Virus record (IMG/VR): IMGVR_UViG_3300031994_000022
DNA length: 64,000 nucleotides
Direction: 5' to 3' (one strand)
Source of the DNA: a virus
Taxonomy: Duplodnaviria > Caudoviricetes
Positions 18,582 through 27,227 of the stretch are shown piece after piece. The translations under genes and the position numbers were made by a program. Below the pieces are notes generated by a model that was not told the DNA's origin, ran no database searches, and saw only the letters and a program-made list of their open reading frames with translations. How positions within the stretch are numbered: the stretch's first letter is position 1; the number at the start of each line of letters is the position of its first letter.

Positions 18582-18950
18582 ATGCTTACATACGAAATGG
18601 TTGGTCTAGCAGATCAAAACGACAGAACTTATGAATCGAAATACGGCACTTATAATGCCAAGGATAGGTTTAGATTCAATAAAGAAGCAGCGGAGCTTGT
18701 GGATAAAAAAGGATATCGAGAATTATTTGATAAGCTTATGCACGAGAATTTGTGGAAACTAAAAACAGAACCTATTAAAGAAATGTCTTTAGAAGATATT
18801 GAAAAAGAACTAGGGTATAGGGTTCGTATCACCGACCCGGAACCAAATAAAAAGGTTGTGTCCGAACAGAGACGCAAAGAGGTGGATGACACTATTAAAT
18901 TCCTCGAACATTTCTTAGGAATTGATTTGAGGGGTGAGGATTATTATTAA
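18582..18950 (+). CDS. Hypothetical protein
   Basis: KEMSLEDIEKELGYRVRI motif common in Firmicute phages. Confidence 0.65.
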   Translation: MLTYEMVGLADQNDRTYESKYGTYNAKDRFRFNKEAAELVDKKGYRELFDKLMHENLWKLKTEPIKEMSLEDIEKELGYRVRITDPEPNKKVVSEQRRKEVDDTIKFLEHFLGIDLRGEDYY

Positions 18951-18977
18951 AATAATATGAAACGGAGATTTTATCAG

Positions 18978-19184
18978 ATGATTACACTTTACACAACACA
19001 CTGCCCTAAATGTAGGGTGATAGAATCAAAACTAAAGAATAAAAATATTCAGTATGAAGAGAATACCGATTTAGATGAGATGATTCAGAAAGGATTTCAA
19101 GCTGCACCCATACTTGAAGTTGATGGAAAAGCTTTAGGTTTTAAAGAAGCAAATAATTGGGTAAATAACTACGTGGGAGAGTAA
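18978..19184 (+). CDS. Glutaredoxin-like (NrdH-type) protein
   Basis: LYTTHCPKC...APILEVDG; directly upstream of nrdD. Confidence 0.85.
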   Translation: MITLYTTHCPKCRVIESKLKNKNIQYEENTDLDEMIQKGFQAAPILEVDGKALGFKEANNWVNNYVGE

Positions 19185-19188
19185 GAAT

Positions 19189-21165
19189 ATGAATATAAAT
19201 ATTCGGTTGAATAAGAACTTTACTACTCAGTATAACAAACTTCAAGAAGACTTCGGTACTGAGCTTGCAAAAATAAACGGATTTGATGACGATCAATTAT
19301 CTTACACCGATTTTATTGATAATTTTATAGATGAAGATACAGTAGCTGATGCAAGTATAGATGGTAATAGTAATGTATCTCATAAAGATATGGTCACACT
19401 TCTTTCAGAAATGCCTAAACCACATAGGAAATTATTAGCATTCAATAAGATATATTTTGAGTATCAGAAGGAGTTTGGATTTCAAGCAGCTAATGAATGG
19501 TTGAACATGGAGTGGACTGGAAAACTTTATATGCATGATAGCGATACAAGTACATTTAAACATTATTGTTTTGCATATGATTTAAAGGATTTAGCGGAGA
19601 AGGGATTATTTTTTATAGGCGATGGATTTAATGCATTGCCACCCAAACACCTTATTTCTTTTGTAGATTTTGTAAAAGAGTTTATAGGTTATGCAAGTAA
19701 TAGAAGTAGTGGAGCAGTAGGTCTTCCTAATCTTATTCCATATATGTTTTATTTTTGGAAAAAAGATTGTGACAATAACTATATGGGGATAACTACTGAT
19801 GAACAGAAGAAAAAGTATGCCACGTCTAACTTCCAGCGATTTTTGTATTCAGTTAATCAGCCGTACGTGAGAGATGGGCAGCAGTCTGCTTTTACAAATA
19901 CTTCTGTATTTGATAGACCATACTTTGAGGCACTTTTTGGTGGTTCTGAATTTCCTGATGGTACATTTATGATTGATTACGAGGAAGAAATTATAGAGTT
20001 TCAGAAATGGTACATGGAAACTATGTCTGAGGTAAGATCAGAGAATATGTTTACATTTCCTGTAAGTACGATATCTCTTCTTAGAAAAGAAGGAGAATAT
20101 GATTTAGATTCACTTGATGGGTTTGTCGATCCTGAATTTGCAGAATGGGCAATCAAGCATAATATGAAGTGGTCAGATAGTAATATATTCCAAGATACTT
20201 CTGTTAATAGTTTAAGTAATTGTTGTCGTCTTAAATCAGATATTAGAGATTTAGGGTATTTTAATTCAGTAGGTGGAACTGCTTTAAAGGTCGGTTCAGT
20301 AAAGGTGTCTACTATCAATTTAGCAAGAATTGCTCTTGATACAAAAAATGAAGAACAGTATTTAGAGGAATTAGCTCATAGAACTCTTGTTAATGTTAGA
20401 GCGTTACATATCATAAGAAAAATTATTAAAAGAAATGTTGAAAAAGGCTTACTTCCAAATTTCTCATATAACTTAGTAGATTTTGAACATTTATATAATA
20501 CTATTGGATTTATTGGCGTATATGAATCAATGAAGAAAATGGGATATACAAGAAAAGATGAATTTGGAAATATCTATTATACGGATAAAGCCGCAGAATT
20601 TGGTAAAAAAATATTTGATACTATGCGTAAAGTAGCAGATGATTTTATTAAGGAAATTGATGCGGATTATATGATAAATACAGAGCAGATTCCTGGTGAA
20701 TCAGCTGCGGCAAAGCTTATGAAGAAAGATAAATTTTTCTATCCAAGAGCAAGGATATATGATTTACCTCTTTACGGTAATCAATTTATACCTCTTGGTA
20801 TTCAAACTACTCTTCAAGAAAGAGTTCGAATACAAGCCATGTTTGATGGATTCTGTAATGGTGGATCAATTTTACACGCAAATATTGATGCTCCATTTGA
20901 CAGCTATGAGAAAGCATTACGTATGACAAATTATATTGCACAGCAAGGTGTAACCTACTTCGCTTTTAATACAAAGATACAAGTCTGCGAAAATAATCAC
21001 GCATTCTATGGGGATATATGTCCGGAATGTGGTAAGCCTGTTGATGCAGAATATAGCAGGATAGTTGGGTTTTACACCAAAATAAAGACATGGAGTGAAC
21101 CTCGTAAAAAAGAATTTAAGATGAGACGTTGGGAAGGAATTAATAAAACTGCGGAGGAAGTATGA
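19189..21165 (+). CDS. nrdD: Anaerobic ribonucleotide reductase large subunit (no ATP cone)
   Basis: YMHD...HYCFAYDL, FTFPV, NCCRL, EQIPGES, C..CPECG, RIVGF glycyl-radical motif. Confidence 0.93.
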   Translation: MNINIRLNKNFTTQYNKLQEDFGTELAKINGFDDDQLSYTDFIDNFIDEDTVADASIDGNSNVSHKDMVTLLSEMPKPHRKLLAFNKIYFEYQKEFGFQAANEWLNMEWTGKLYMHDSDTSTFKHYCFAYDLKDLAEKGLFFIGDGFNALPPKHLISFVDFVKEFIGYASNRSSGAVGLPNLIPYMFYFWKKDCDNNYMGITTDEQKKKYATSNFQRFLYSVNQPYVRDGQQSAFTNTSVFDRPYFEALFGGSEFPDGTFMIDYEEEIIEFQKWYMETMSEVRSENMFTFPVSTISLLRKEGEYDLDSLDGFVDPEFAEWAIKHNMKWSDSNIFQDTSVNSLSNCCRLKSDIRDLGYFNSVGGTALKVGSVKVSTINLARIALDTKNEEQYLEELAHRTLVNVRALHIIRKIIKRNVEKGLLPNFSYNLVDFEHLYNTIGFIGVYESMKKMGYTRKDEFGNIYYTDKAAEFGKKIFDTMRKVADDFIKEIDADYMINTEQIPGESAAAKLMKKDKFFYPRARIYDLPLYGNQFIPLGIQTTLQERVRIQAMFDGFCNGGSILHANIDAPFDSYEKALRMTNYIAQQGVTYFAFNTKIQVCENNHAFYGDICPECGKPVDAEYSRIVGFYTKIKTWSEPRKKEFKMRRWEGINKTAEEV

Positions 21166-21635
21166 AACTCAAAGGATTTATAGACGCAGATACAATCAAT
21201 TATAAAAAAATATCTATGGTTCTTGAATTTCCTATTTGTGATTTCAAATGTGATAAAGAATGTGGTCAGCAAGTGTGTCAGAATAGTGCACTTGCGACTG
21301 CACCTGACATAGAGGTCGATCCGATAGACATAATTGCAAGATATGATAACGACAGTATAACCGAAGCAATTTGTATTCAAGGACTTGAACCATTTGATAG
21401 TTGGGTAGATCTCTTCAGTTTTATCTTTATGTTCAGGTCAGTATCCGATGATGATATAGTCATCTACACTGGATATAACAAAGATGAAATACTTGATAAA
21501 GTAACAGTACTTAAACAATTTCCAAACATTATCATTAAGTTTGGGCGATACATTCCTGGGCAAGAACCACATTATGATGAAGTCCTCGATGTAAACCTTG
21601 CGTCCGATAATCAGTATGCAGAAAGAATTAGTTAA
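21162..21635 (+). CDS. nrdG: Anaerobic RNR activase (radical SAM)
   Basis: CDFKC...CQNS, GLEP, IYTGY, KFGRY, SDNQ. Confidence 0.88.
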   Translation: MKLKGFIDADTINYKKISMVLEFPICDFKCDKECGQQVCQNSALATAPDIEVDPIDIIARYDNDSITEAICIQGLEPFDSWVDLFSFIFMFRSVSDDDIVIYTGYNKDEILDKVTVLKQFPNIIIKFGRYIPGQEPHYDEVLDVNLASDNQYAERIS

Positions 21636-21639
21636 TAAC

Positions 21640-21775
21640 ATGCCCCGTATGCAAAGATATAGCAACTAAGACAATACGAGTCCTTGTCGTGGAACACTCG
21701 GAGGACGAACTCCGTTAACAACGTTGTGTAACTCCACATGGATTGTGCGGTAGGTGAAAAGCCTTGCCGGGGCAT
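21640..21775 (+). ncRNA. Structured ncRNA (skipping-rope-like / tRNA-mimic ends)
   Basis: Closing helix ATGCCCCG/CGGGGCAT, T-arm-like GTAGG-TGAAAAG-CCTTGC, internal hairpins CGGAG/CTCCG and TGTG/CACA; family name from memory, needs Rfam check. Confidence 0.6.
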
Positions 21776-21793
21776 AAAAATGAAAGGATAAAT

Positions 21794-22420
21794 ATGAAAT
21801 TTGAAAATACGAAAGTTTATAATATAGATGGAGCAGTAGAAGCAATGCGTATGCCAATGATGAGTCATGCGAAATCAGATAGTTATTTTCTTCCAGATGG
21901 TAGTTATCATCTTGGTGATGCTGACAAAAAACTTGCTCAAAACTTAATAAAAGGTGGAGCAGAACACTCAAAATTTCTTAGAGAAATATATATACACACT
22001 ATTATAACGTGTCCTCAATACTTTGCTGCTGAATTAGACACTTATAAAATAGGTACTGTTCGTAACTCAAGTAGTCTTATGCATAAAGGAGCAAGTAGAG
22101 ATTTTACCATAGACGATTTTACTTTTGATGGCGACATATCTGATTTACAACCTATTATAAACCAAATAAATTATTACAGACAGAAATATATTGAAACAAA
22201 AGACTATAAATATTTTCGAATGATGAGACAGATAATACCTATGGGATATAATTACACATTTTCGTTTTCTACAGATTATACTCAACTTCGAAACATATGG
22301 TTACAAAGAGTAGATAATCCACATAGACTCAAAGAATGGACAGAAGACTTTTCTAATTGGTTAAAATCACTTCCGTATGCTGATGAACTTATATTCTATA
22401 AAGGAGAGACGGATGAATAA
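21794..22420 (+). CDS. ThyX-like (flavin-dependent thymidylate synthase fold) phage protein
   Basis: EHSKFLR, ELDTYKIGTVRNSSSLMHK, QIIPMGY, HRLKEW; located in nucleotide-metabolism cluster. Confidence 0.7.
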   Translation: MKFENTKVYNIDGAVEAMRMPMMSHAKSDSYFLPDGSYHLGDADKKLAQNLIKGGAEHSKFLREIYIHTIITCPQYFAAELDTYKIGTVRNSSSLMHKGASRDFTIDDFTFDGDISDLQPIINQINYYRQKYIETKDYKYFRMMRQIIPMGYNYTFSFSTDYTQLRNIWLQRVDNPHRLKEWTEDFSNWLKSLPYADELIFYKGETDE

Positions 22421-22688
22421 GATTAAGATTGTATGTCATAAATGTAAAAAATTACTTGGATACTTATTAATATATGTTGACGATAAAGATGGTTATGAAA
22501 TCAGTGACGATAAAGATGATTATGAAATCAGTGAAATAGCTGAAGACACAAAAGATAATCTCATTGGTCGTTTTACTTGTAAAGAATGCGTGGAGGAGAC
22601 AGAAGAATGGAAATCTACACGAGATATTGGAAGCATTAGTAAAAAATCAACGAGGATCCAATTTGACGGAATAAAGGATGAATTATAA
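22413..22688 (+). CDS. Hypothetical zinc-binding protein with 9-aa tandem duplication
   Basis: CHKC...CKEC; DDKDGYEIS-DDKDDYEIS. Confidence 0.6.
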   Translation: MNKIKIVCHKCKKLLGYLLIYVDDKDGYEISDDKDDYEISEIAEDTKDNLIGRFTCKECVEETEEWKSTRDIGSISKKSTRIQFDGIKDEL

Positions 22689-22719
22689 TTATCAAAGAAG
22701 TTAATAAGGAGTAAAAAAT

Positions 22720-22923
22720 ATGGAAGTAAAAACAAGTGTAAATGGAAGTGTTGGCTTCATAGAACTCCTCCAAATTGTATTTATCGTATTAAAACTTTGT
22801 GGAGTAATAAATTGGAGCTGGGTGTGGGTACTTAGTCCATTGTGGATATCTATCACTATAATGATAATTGTAGTGCTTATATTTGCAATAAAAATAAGGA
22901 GAGATAAATCACATGATCGATAA
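22720..22923 (+). CDS. Small transmembrane phage protein
   Basis: LLQIVFIVLKLCGVINWSWVWVLSPLWI motif. Confidence 0.8.
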   Translation: MEVKTSVNGSVGFIELLQIVFIVLKLCGVINWSWVWVLSPLWISITIMIIVVLIFAIKIRRDKSHDR

Positions 22924-22993
22924 ACGTATAGCTTACTGTTGGTTTGGCGGGGGCAAGATGTGTGGGCAGACGTTAAGTATACGGAATAATTAG
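22913..22993 (+). pseudogene. 5' remnant of a second glycosyltransferase
   Basis: MIDKRIAYCWFGGGKM... versus MIDKKIYYCWFGGGEM at 23779; AGGAG RBS retained. Confidence 0.75.
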
Positions 22994-23021
22994 TGATTAT
23001 GAATAAAAGGAGAATTTAAAT

Positions 23022-23789
23022 ATGGGATATAAGGTTTCTATAGTGGGATGTGGACACGTTGGGGGTTGTATGAAACAGCTATTCCCCGATGCGATTATAT
23101 ATGATGAGCCTAAAAAGATTGGTACACGGGGAGAAGTAAATGAATGTGATTTCGCTTTTGTCTGTGTACCAACTCCTATGGCTGATGACGGTAGTTGCGA
23201 CACTAGTATTGTGGATGATGTACTTTCTTGGTTAGACCCTAAAAAATGTATCATTATACGTTCTACCGTACCCGTGGGTTATACAGTTAACAAAGTATAC
23301 GATTTAAATAAAGATATTGTATTCCAACCTGAGTATTATGGGGAAACTACGGCGCATCCGTTTGCCAATCCACATAATAGATCGTGGATAACACTAGGAG
23401 GAATATCAGATGATACTAAGATGGTAGCCGAATTATATCAGACGGTATTTACATCTGAACTAATCATTAATCAAGTAGATAGTACAACCGCAGAACTTGC
23501 TAAATATATGGAAAATAGTTTCTATTCAGTAAAGGTTACATTCTGTAATCAGTTCTATGATTTGGCTGAATGTTTTGGCGTTGATTACAACAAACTCCGA
23601 GAGACTTGGTTACTTGATCCACGCATTAGCAGAAGTCATACGTTCGTGTATCCAAATGATAGGGGATATGGTGGCTCTTGTCTTCCTAAAGATACCGCCG
23701 CAATCATAAAACAAGCTAAGGAATATGGTTTGAATATGGAACTACTTAGAGCAGCAGAGGAGGTAAACAAACAATATCATGATAGATAA
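23022..23789 (+). CDS. UDP-glucose/GDP-mannose dehydrogenase family protein (short form)
   Basis: IVGCGHVG, FVCVPTP, RSTVPVG, PE, AELAKYMEN, GYGGSCLPKD. Confidence 0.88.
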   Translation: MGYKVSIVGCGHVGGCMKQLFPDAIIYDEPKKIGTRGEVNECDFAFVCVPTPMADDGSCDTSIVDDVLSWLDPKKCIIIRSTVPVGYTVNKVYDLNKDIVFQPEYYGETTAHPFANPHNRSWITLGGISDDTKMVAELYQTVFTSELIINQVDSTTAELAKYMENSFYSVKVTFCNQFYDLAECFGVDYNKLRETWLLDPRISRSHTFVYPNDRGYGGSCLPKDTAAIIKQAKEYGLNMELLRAAEEVNKQYHDR

Positions 23790-24666
23790 GAAGATATATT
23801 ACTGTTGGTTTGGTGGGGGAGAGATGTCGGATCTCAACAGGAAATGTTTGGAAACATGGGACAAGTACTGCCCAACCTACGACAAGATACTGATTAACGA
23901 GGATAACTATGACTACAAATCTAATCCATATGCCAAGGATGCATACGAGAGAGGCGATTGGTCAGCAGTCAGTAATGCTGCAAGATTGTGGTTTCTCAAG
24001 AATGAAAGTGGTTTTTACCTCGACACAGATGTACGACTTGTTAAGTCATTGGATGATATGTGTCAGTTTGATGGTGGATTCTATACCGAATTCGACTCTG
24101 GTGAACCAGACTCTGGCGTACTCGGAAGGGGTTCAAAATGCCCAAAAGCTTACGAGGAGATATATGACAGACTCGTACCCGGAACAATTATGAAGAAAGA
24201 AGCGTTGCAAGTATTATATAGAGACTATGACATACGTGGACAGCGTATACAGACTTACGATGATGGATTCACCATACTTGGCGAAGAATATTTCCCATCC
24301 GTCAGGACTGGTTTGTTTACTAATAAAACCATAGGTATTCATTACTTTGAGAATACGTGGATAAAAATAAAACGTCAGATTACAGATGGTTTTTATCCGT
24401 TCCCAAGAGCAGAAGCATATCTTGGCAACACATTGATACACAAGGACGAAAATCCAGAGATAGTGCTTGTATGTAAAAATCTAAAGAAGAACTGGTGTCA
24501 CCCAGACGTACTTGGCAGAACATGTTACTTCTTTAATCCAAAGGTGGTTAGGTTAATCAGTCGTGATTTTGAGGCTGAGAGAATAGATTACGACAGAAGT
24601 AAACCGATGGGTATGCATGTGACAGTAAGTGGAATGTTAGTGGGATACATCAAGGAGGATAAATAA
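23779..24666 (+). CDS. GT32-like (DXD) glycosyltransferase
   Basis: KIYYCWFGG, W...CP.Y, A.VS..AR, G.YLDTDV, IHYFENTW. Confidence 0.85.
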   Translation: MIDKKIYYCWFGGGEMSDLNRKCLETWDKYCPTYDKILINEDNYDYKSNPYAKDAYERGDWSAVSNAARLWFLKNESGFYLDTDVRLVKSLDDMCQFDGGFYTEFDSGEPDSGVLGRGSKCPKAYEEIYDRLVPGTIMKKEALQVLYRDYDIRGQRIQTYDDGFTILGEEYFPSVRTGLFTNKTIGIHYFENTWIKIKRQITDGFYPFPRAEAYLGNTLIHKDENPEIVLVCKNLKKNWCHPDVLGRTCYFFNPKVVRLISRDFEAERIDYDRSKPMGMHVTVSGMLVGYIKEDK

Positions 24667-24828
24667 TGTATATATATTTAATCAAATACTATGGCGATGT
24701 CATAGCAGCTGCCGAAGATGATACAAGTGCAGATGCCGTAATGAAACAATATATGAGATATAACAGAGATATGAAGATAGAAAACTTCCAAAAAGAAGCT
24801 GTGAGGTTTTTTCCAAAGGAGGATAGCG

Positions 24829-25263
24829 ATGCAACTTAAAATTAAAAAAATGCAACAAAATGCAATAATTCCTACAAGAGGAGATCAAGAAGCCGCTGGT
24901 ATAGACTTATACGCTTGCGTTGATTATTACGAATCGCTCAAACCGGGTGAGACTAAAAAAATATCAAGTGGGATAGCTTGTGAATTTCCGGAGGGATATT
25001 TCGGACTTCTTCTTCCCAGAAGTTCTGTAGGAGTCAAAAGACATTTAACTTTGGCTAACACGGCAGGAGTTATCGATAATTCGTACAGGGGAGAGATTAT
25101 AATGGCATTCAAAAATGATGGTGAAGAAGTGCAGATAATTGAAAACGGTGAAAGATTAGCACAGTTAATACTTCTACCATATATTATTTTTGATATAAAT
25201 GAAGTTGAAACTCTTTCTGAAACTGAACGTGGAGAGGGTGGATTCGGTAGTACTGGAAGGTGA
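24829..25263 (+). CDS. dut: Trimeric dUTPase
   Basis: AGIDL, PRSS, GVIDNSYRGEI, RLAQL, RGEGGFGSTG. Confidence 0.95.
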   Translation: MQLKIKKMQQNAIIPTRGDQEAAGIDLYACVDYYESLKPGETKKISSGIACEFPEGYFGLLLPRSSVGVKRHLTLANTAGVIDNSYRGEIIMAFKNDGEEVQIIENGERLAQLILLPYIIFDINEVETLSETERGEGGFGSTGR

Positions 25264-25268
25264 TAGTT

Positions 25269-25463
25269 ATGGAATTAAATTTTGACAAATCAGATTTCTT
25301 GACAGTACAAGAATTACAAGATATGCTAAGAATTAGTAAAAATAAATCATACGAACTTATATCAAGAGATGATTTTCCTAAAATAAAAATTGGTAAAAAA
25401 TATTTAATACCAAAAAATGAATATCAGAAGTTTTTGAAAAGGTCTCTTTATAAAGAAATTTAG
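25269..25463 (+). CDS. Excisionase-like HTH protein
   Basis: LTVQEL..LRISK..YEL...FPKIKIG..YLIPK; adjacent to attP. Confidence 0.85.
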   Translation: MELNFDKSDFLTVQELQDMLRISKNKSYELISRDDFPKIKIGKKYLIPKNEYQKFLKRSLYKEI

Positions 25464-25465
25464 TA

Positions 25466-25750
25466 AATGCAAAGTGAATGCAAAGTGATTTTGGCAATGC
25501 CTTACAAACCTTATAAAATCTAGGATTGAAATGGTTTACTAGGGGTCTCCAAAACCTTTGGAAGGGGTTCGATTCCCTTACCCCCTGAATGTACACAAAG
25601 CCTTATGAATAGCTGTTCATAGGGCTTTTTTATTGGCTTTTTTGAAATGCAAAGTAGTGCTTTTATTTCCCTGTTATTCCCTGTTATTCCCCGTTGTTCC
25701 CTATTGAAATGCAAAGTAAATGCAAAATGAAGGGGTTTGAAATGCAAAGT
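25466..25750. mobile_element. attP: core = 3' half of tRNA-Trp, with arm-type and Xis-type repeats
   Basis: GGTCTCCAAAACC...GGGGTTCGATTCCCTTACCCCCTG at about 25544-25587 with no tRNA 5' half; AATGCAAA(G/A)T x6; TTCCC(T/C)(G/A)TT(A/G) x4 tandem 25667-25706; between xis and int. Confidence 0.85.
25598..25631 (+). terminator. Intrinsic terminator after tRNA 3' half
   Basis: AAAGCCTTATGAA-TAGCTG-TTCATAGGGCTTTTTT. Confidence 0.8.
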
Positions 25751-25802
25751 AACTTGACTTTTCATTTTGCTTGCATATAATTACCTTAAAGGAGGTGGTT
25801 AT

Positions 25803-26987
25803 ATGTTCAAAGAAGAAGATTTACCCAAACTCCCATATGGCGAGGGGAAGATGCATATCTATAATGACAAGTTGATTGTGTATAAAAAGGTCATTAATCT
25901 TCCTAATGGCAGAAAAGTTCGTAAAGCTGTATATGACGAAACACCTAAAAAATGTATGGCTAAGATGAGAGAAGCTGAAAAAGAATTATTAAAGACCAAT
26001 AAGAATACAAAAAATATAGTTCTGATCGATGGCATAATGCAATGGTTGGAACTTACTCATAAACAAACCATCAAACCTCAATCATATCAGAGACTTATTG
26101 GTACGGCTAAAAATCAGATAGAACCATCAGATATTGGTCATTTATACTATCAAGACATTTCTTCCGATGAGATTCAATTAGTTATCAATCAATTGAATGA
26201 ACAAGGATTGTCACATTCATCTATAAAAAAAGCATACAATTTATTAGGAGCTTTCTATAAACATGTTAGTTTACGAGATGGTTTTCCGAATCCCATGCTT
26301 ATGGTAACCATGCCCCGTGTTTCAAATATCCTTGCCGAAACAAAAGATGTTGAATGGTTTGAGGAAGATGATATTAATAAATTCATTCAAGCTTGTAGTG
26401 CAAGTTTTGCCAATGGTAGATTAAAATTCAAATATGGTTATGCTCTGGCTGCAAATATATTCTTAGGATTAAGAGGTGGGGAGTTACTTGCCTTACAGTG
26501 GAAAGATATAGATTTAAACAAAGGTACGGTTTATGTCTGTAAAACACTTATTGAATATCGAGACATTGATCATAATAAAACACACTTTGAAGTACAGATG
26601 TCTACAAAACGTGATAAAAACCGATATGTACCTATCAACAATAAAGCCAAGGAATTATTAAAACTACATTATGAAAATGCTGAATTCAAAGAACCGGATG
26701 ACTTTGTGATATGCACAACAGGACGAAAATCCAATACATTAAAAAATCTATCTGATATGATAAAGAAGATAGAAGAGGAAGGTGAAACTTCTGTTCGTGC
26801 TCACAATACCCACATTTTACGCCACACTTGTGCTTCCTTATATTTCCGAGCTGGCGTTCCGGTGGAAGTCATATGTAAAATCCTTGGCAATAGTAGAGAG
26901 GTATGTGAAAAGACATATATTCATTTTGTTGAAGAGCAGTTACAGAATGCTGCTACTCAAACAATTAAAGCTATAGACTTTTTCTAA
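25803..26987 (+). CDS. int: Tyrosine integrase
   Basis: GLRGGELLALQWKDID, K, HILRHT, LGN, TYIH; AAGGAGG RBS; TTGACT-16-TATAAT promoter 25754-25781. Confidence 0.93.
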   Translation: MFKEEDLPKLPYGEGKMHIYNDKLIVYKKVINLPNGRKVRKAVYDETPKKCMAKMREAEKELLKTNKNTKNIVLIDGIMQWLELTHKQTIKPQSYQRLIGTAKNQIEPSDIGHLYYQDISSDEIQLVINQLNEQGLSHSSIKKAYNLLGAFYKHVSLRDGFPNPMLMVTMPRVSNILAETKDVEWFEEDDINKFIQACSASFANGRLKFKYGYALAANIFLGLRGGELLALQWKDIDLNKGTVYVCKTLIEYRDIDHNKTHFEVQMSTKRDKNRYVPINNKAKELLKLHYENAEFKEPDDFVICTTGRKSNTLKNLSDMIKKIEEEGETSVRAHNTHILRHTCASLYFRAGVPVEVICKILGNSREVCEKTYIHFVEEQLQNAATQTIKAIDFF

Positions 26988-26992
26988 AGACT

Positions 26993-27026
26993 AAAAAAAG
27001 GGCTGCGGTTATTTTACCGCAGCCCT
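26993..27026. terminator. Terminator hairpin where the two transcription blocks converge
   Basis: A7-GGGCTGCGGT-TATTTT-ACCGCAGCCC. Confidence 0.75.
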
Positions 27027-27227
27027 AATTACTTCGCTAAAAGAAGTGTTTAAAACTTTACATATATTTTCTATATATTCTGGTGGTGTTATTAGGTCAC
27101 CTCTGAGCAGTCGCTCAATATCATTCTCCTTATAATTCAATTTTGTTGCAAGAGTGGATGTGGTCATTCCGGCTGCATCCATTTTTTGTTTTAGGACGTT
27201 ACCTAGCTTTACCGAAAATCTTGCCAT
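27009..27227 (-). CDS. XRE-family HTH protein
   Basis: LGNVLK...GMT...LA.KL.Y....IERLLRG...IC.VLN; ATG overlaps upstream TAA. Confidence 0.75.
   Translation of the reverse strand: MARFSVKLGNVLKQKMDAAGMTTSTLATKLNYKENDIERLLRGDLITPPEYIENICKVLNTSFSEVIRAAVK

Noticed and set aside
22478-22531. 27-bp tandem repeat
   Set aside because: Simple in-frame duplication in a small ORF; no sign of an array
25520-25590. Complete tRNA-Trp gene
   Set aside because: No D arm or 5' acceptor strand upstream; only the anticodon-to-3' half is present, consistent with an attP core
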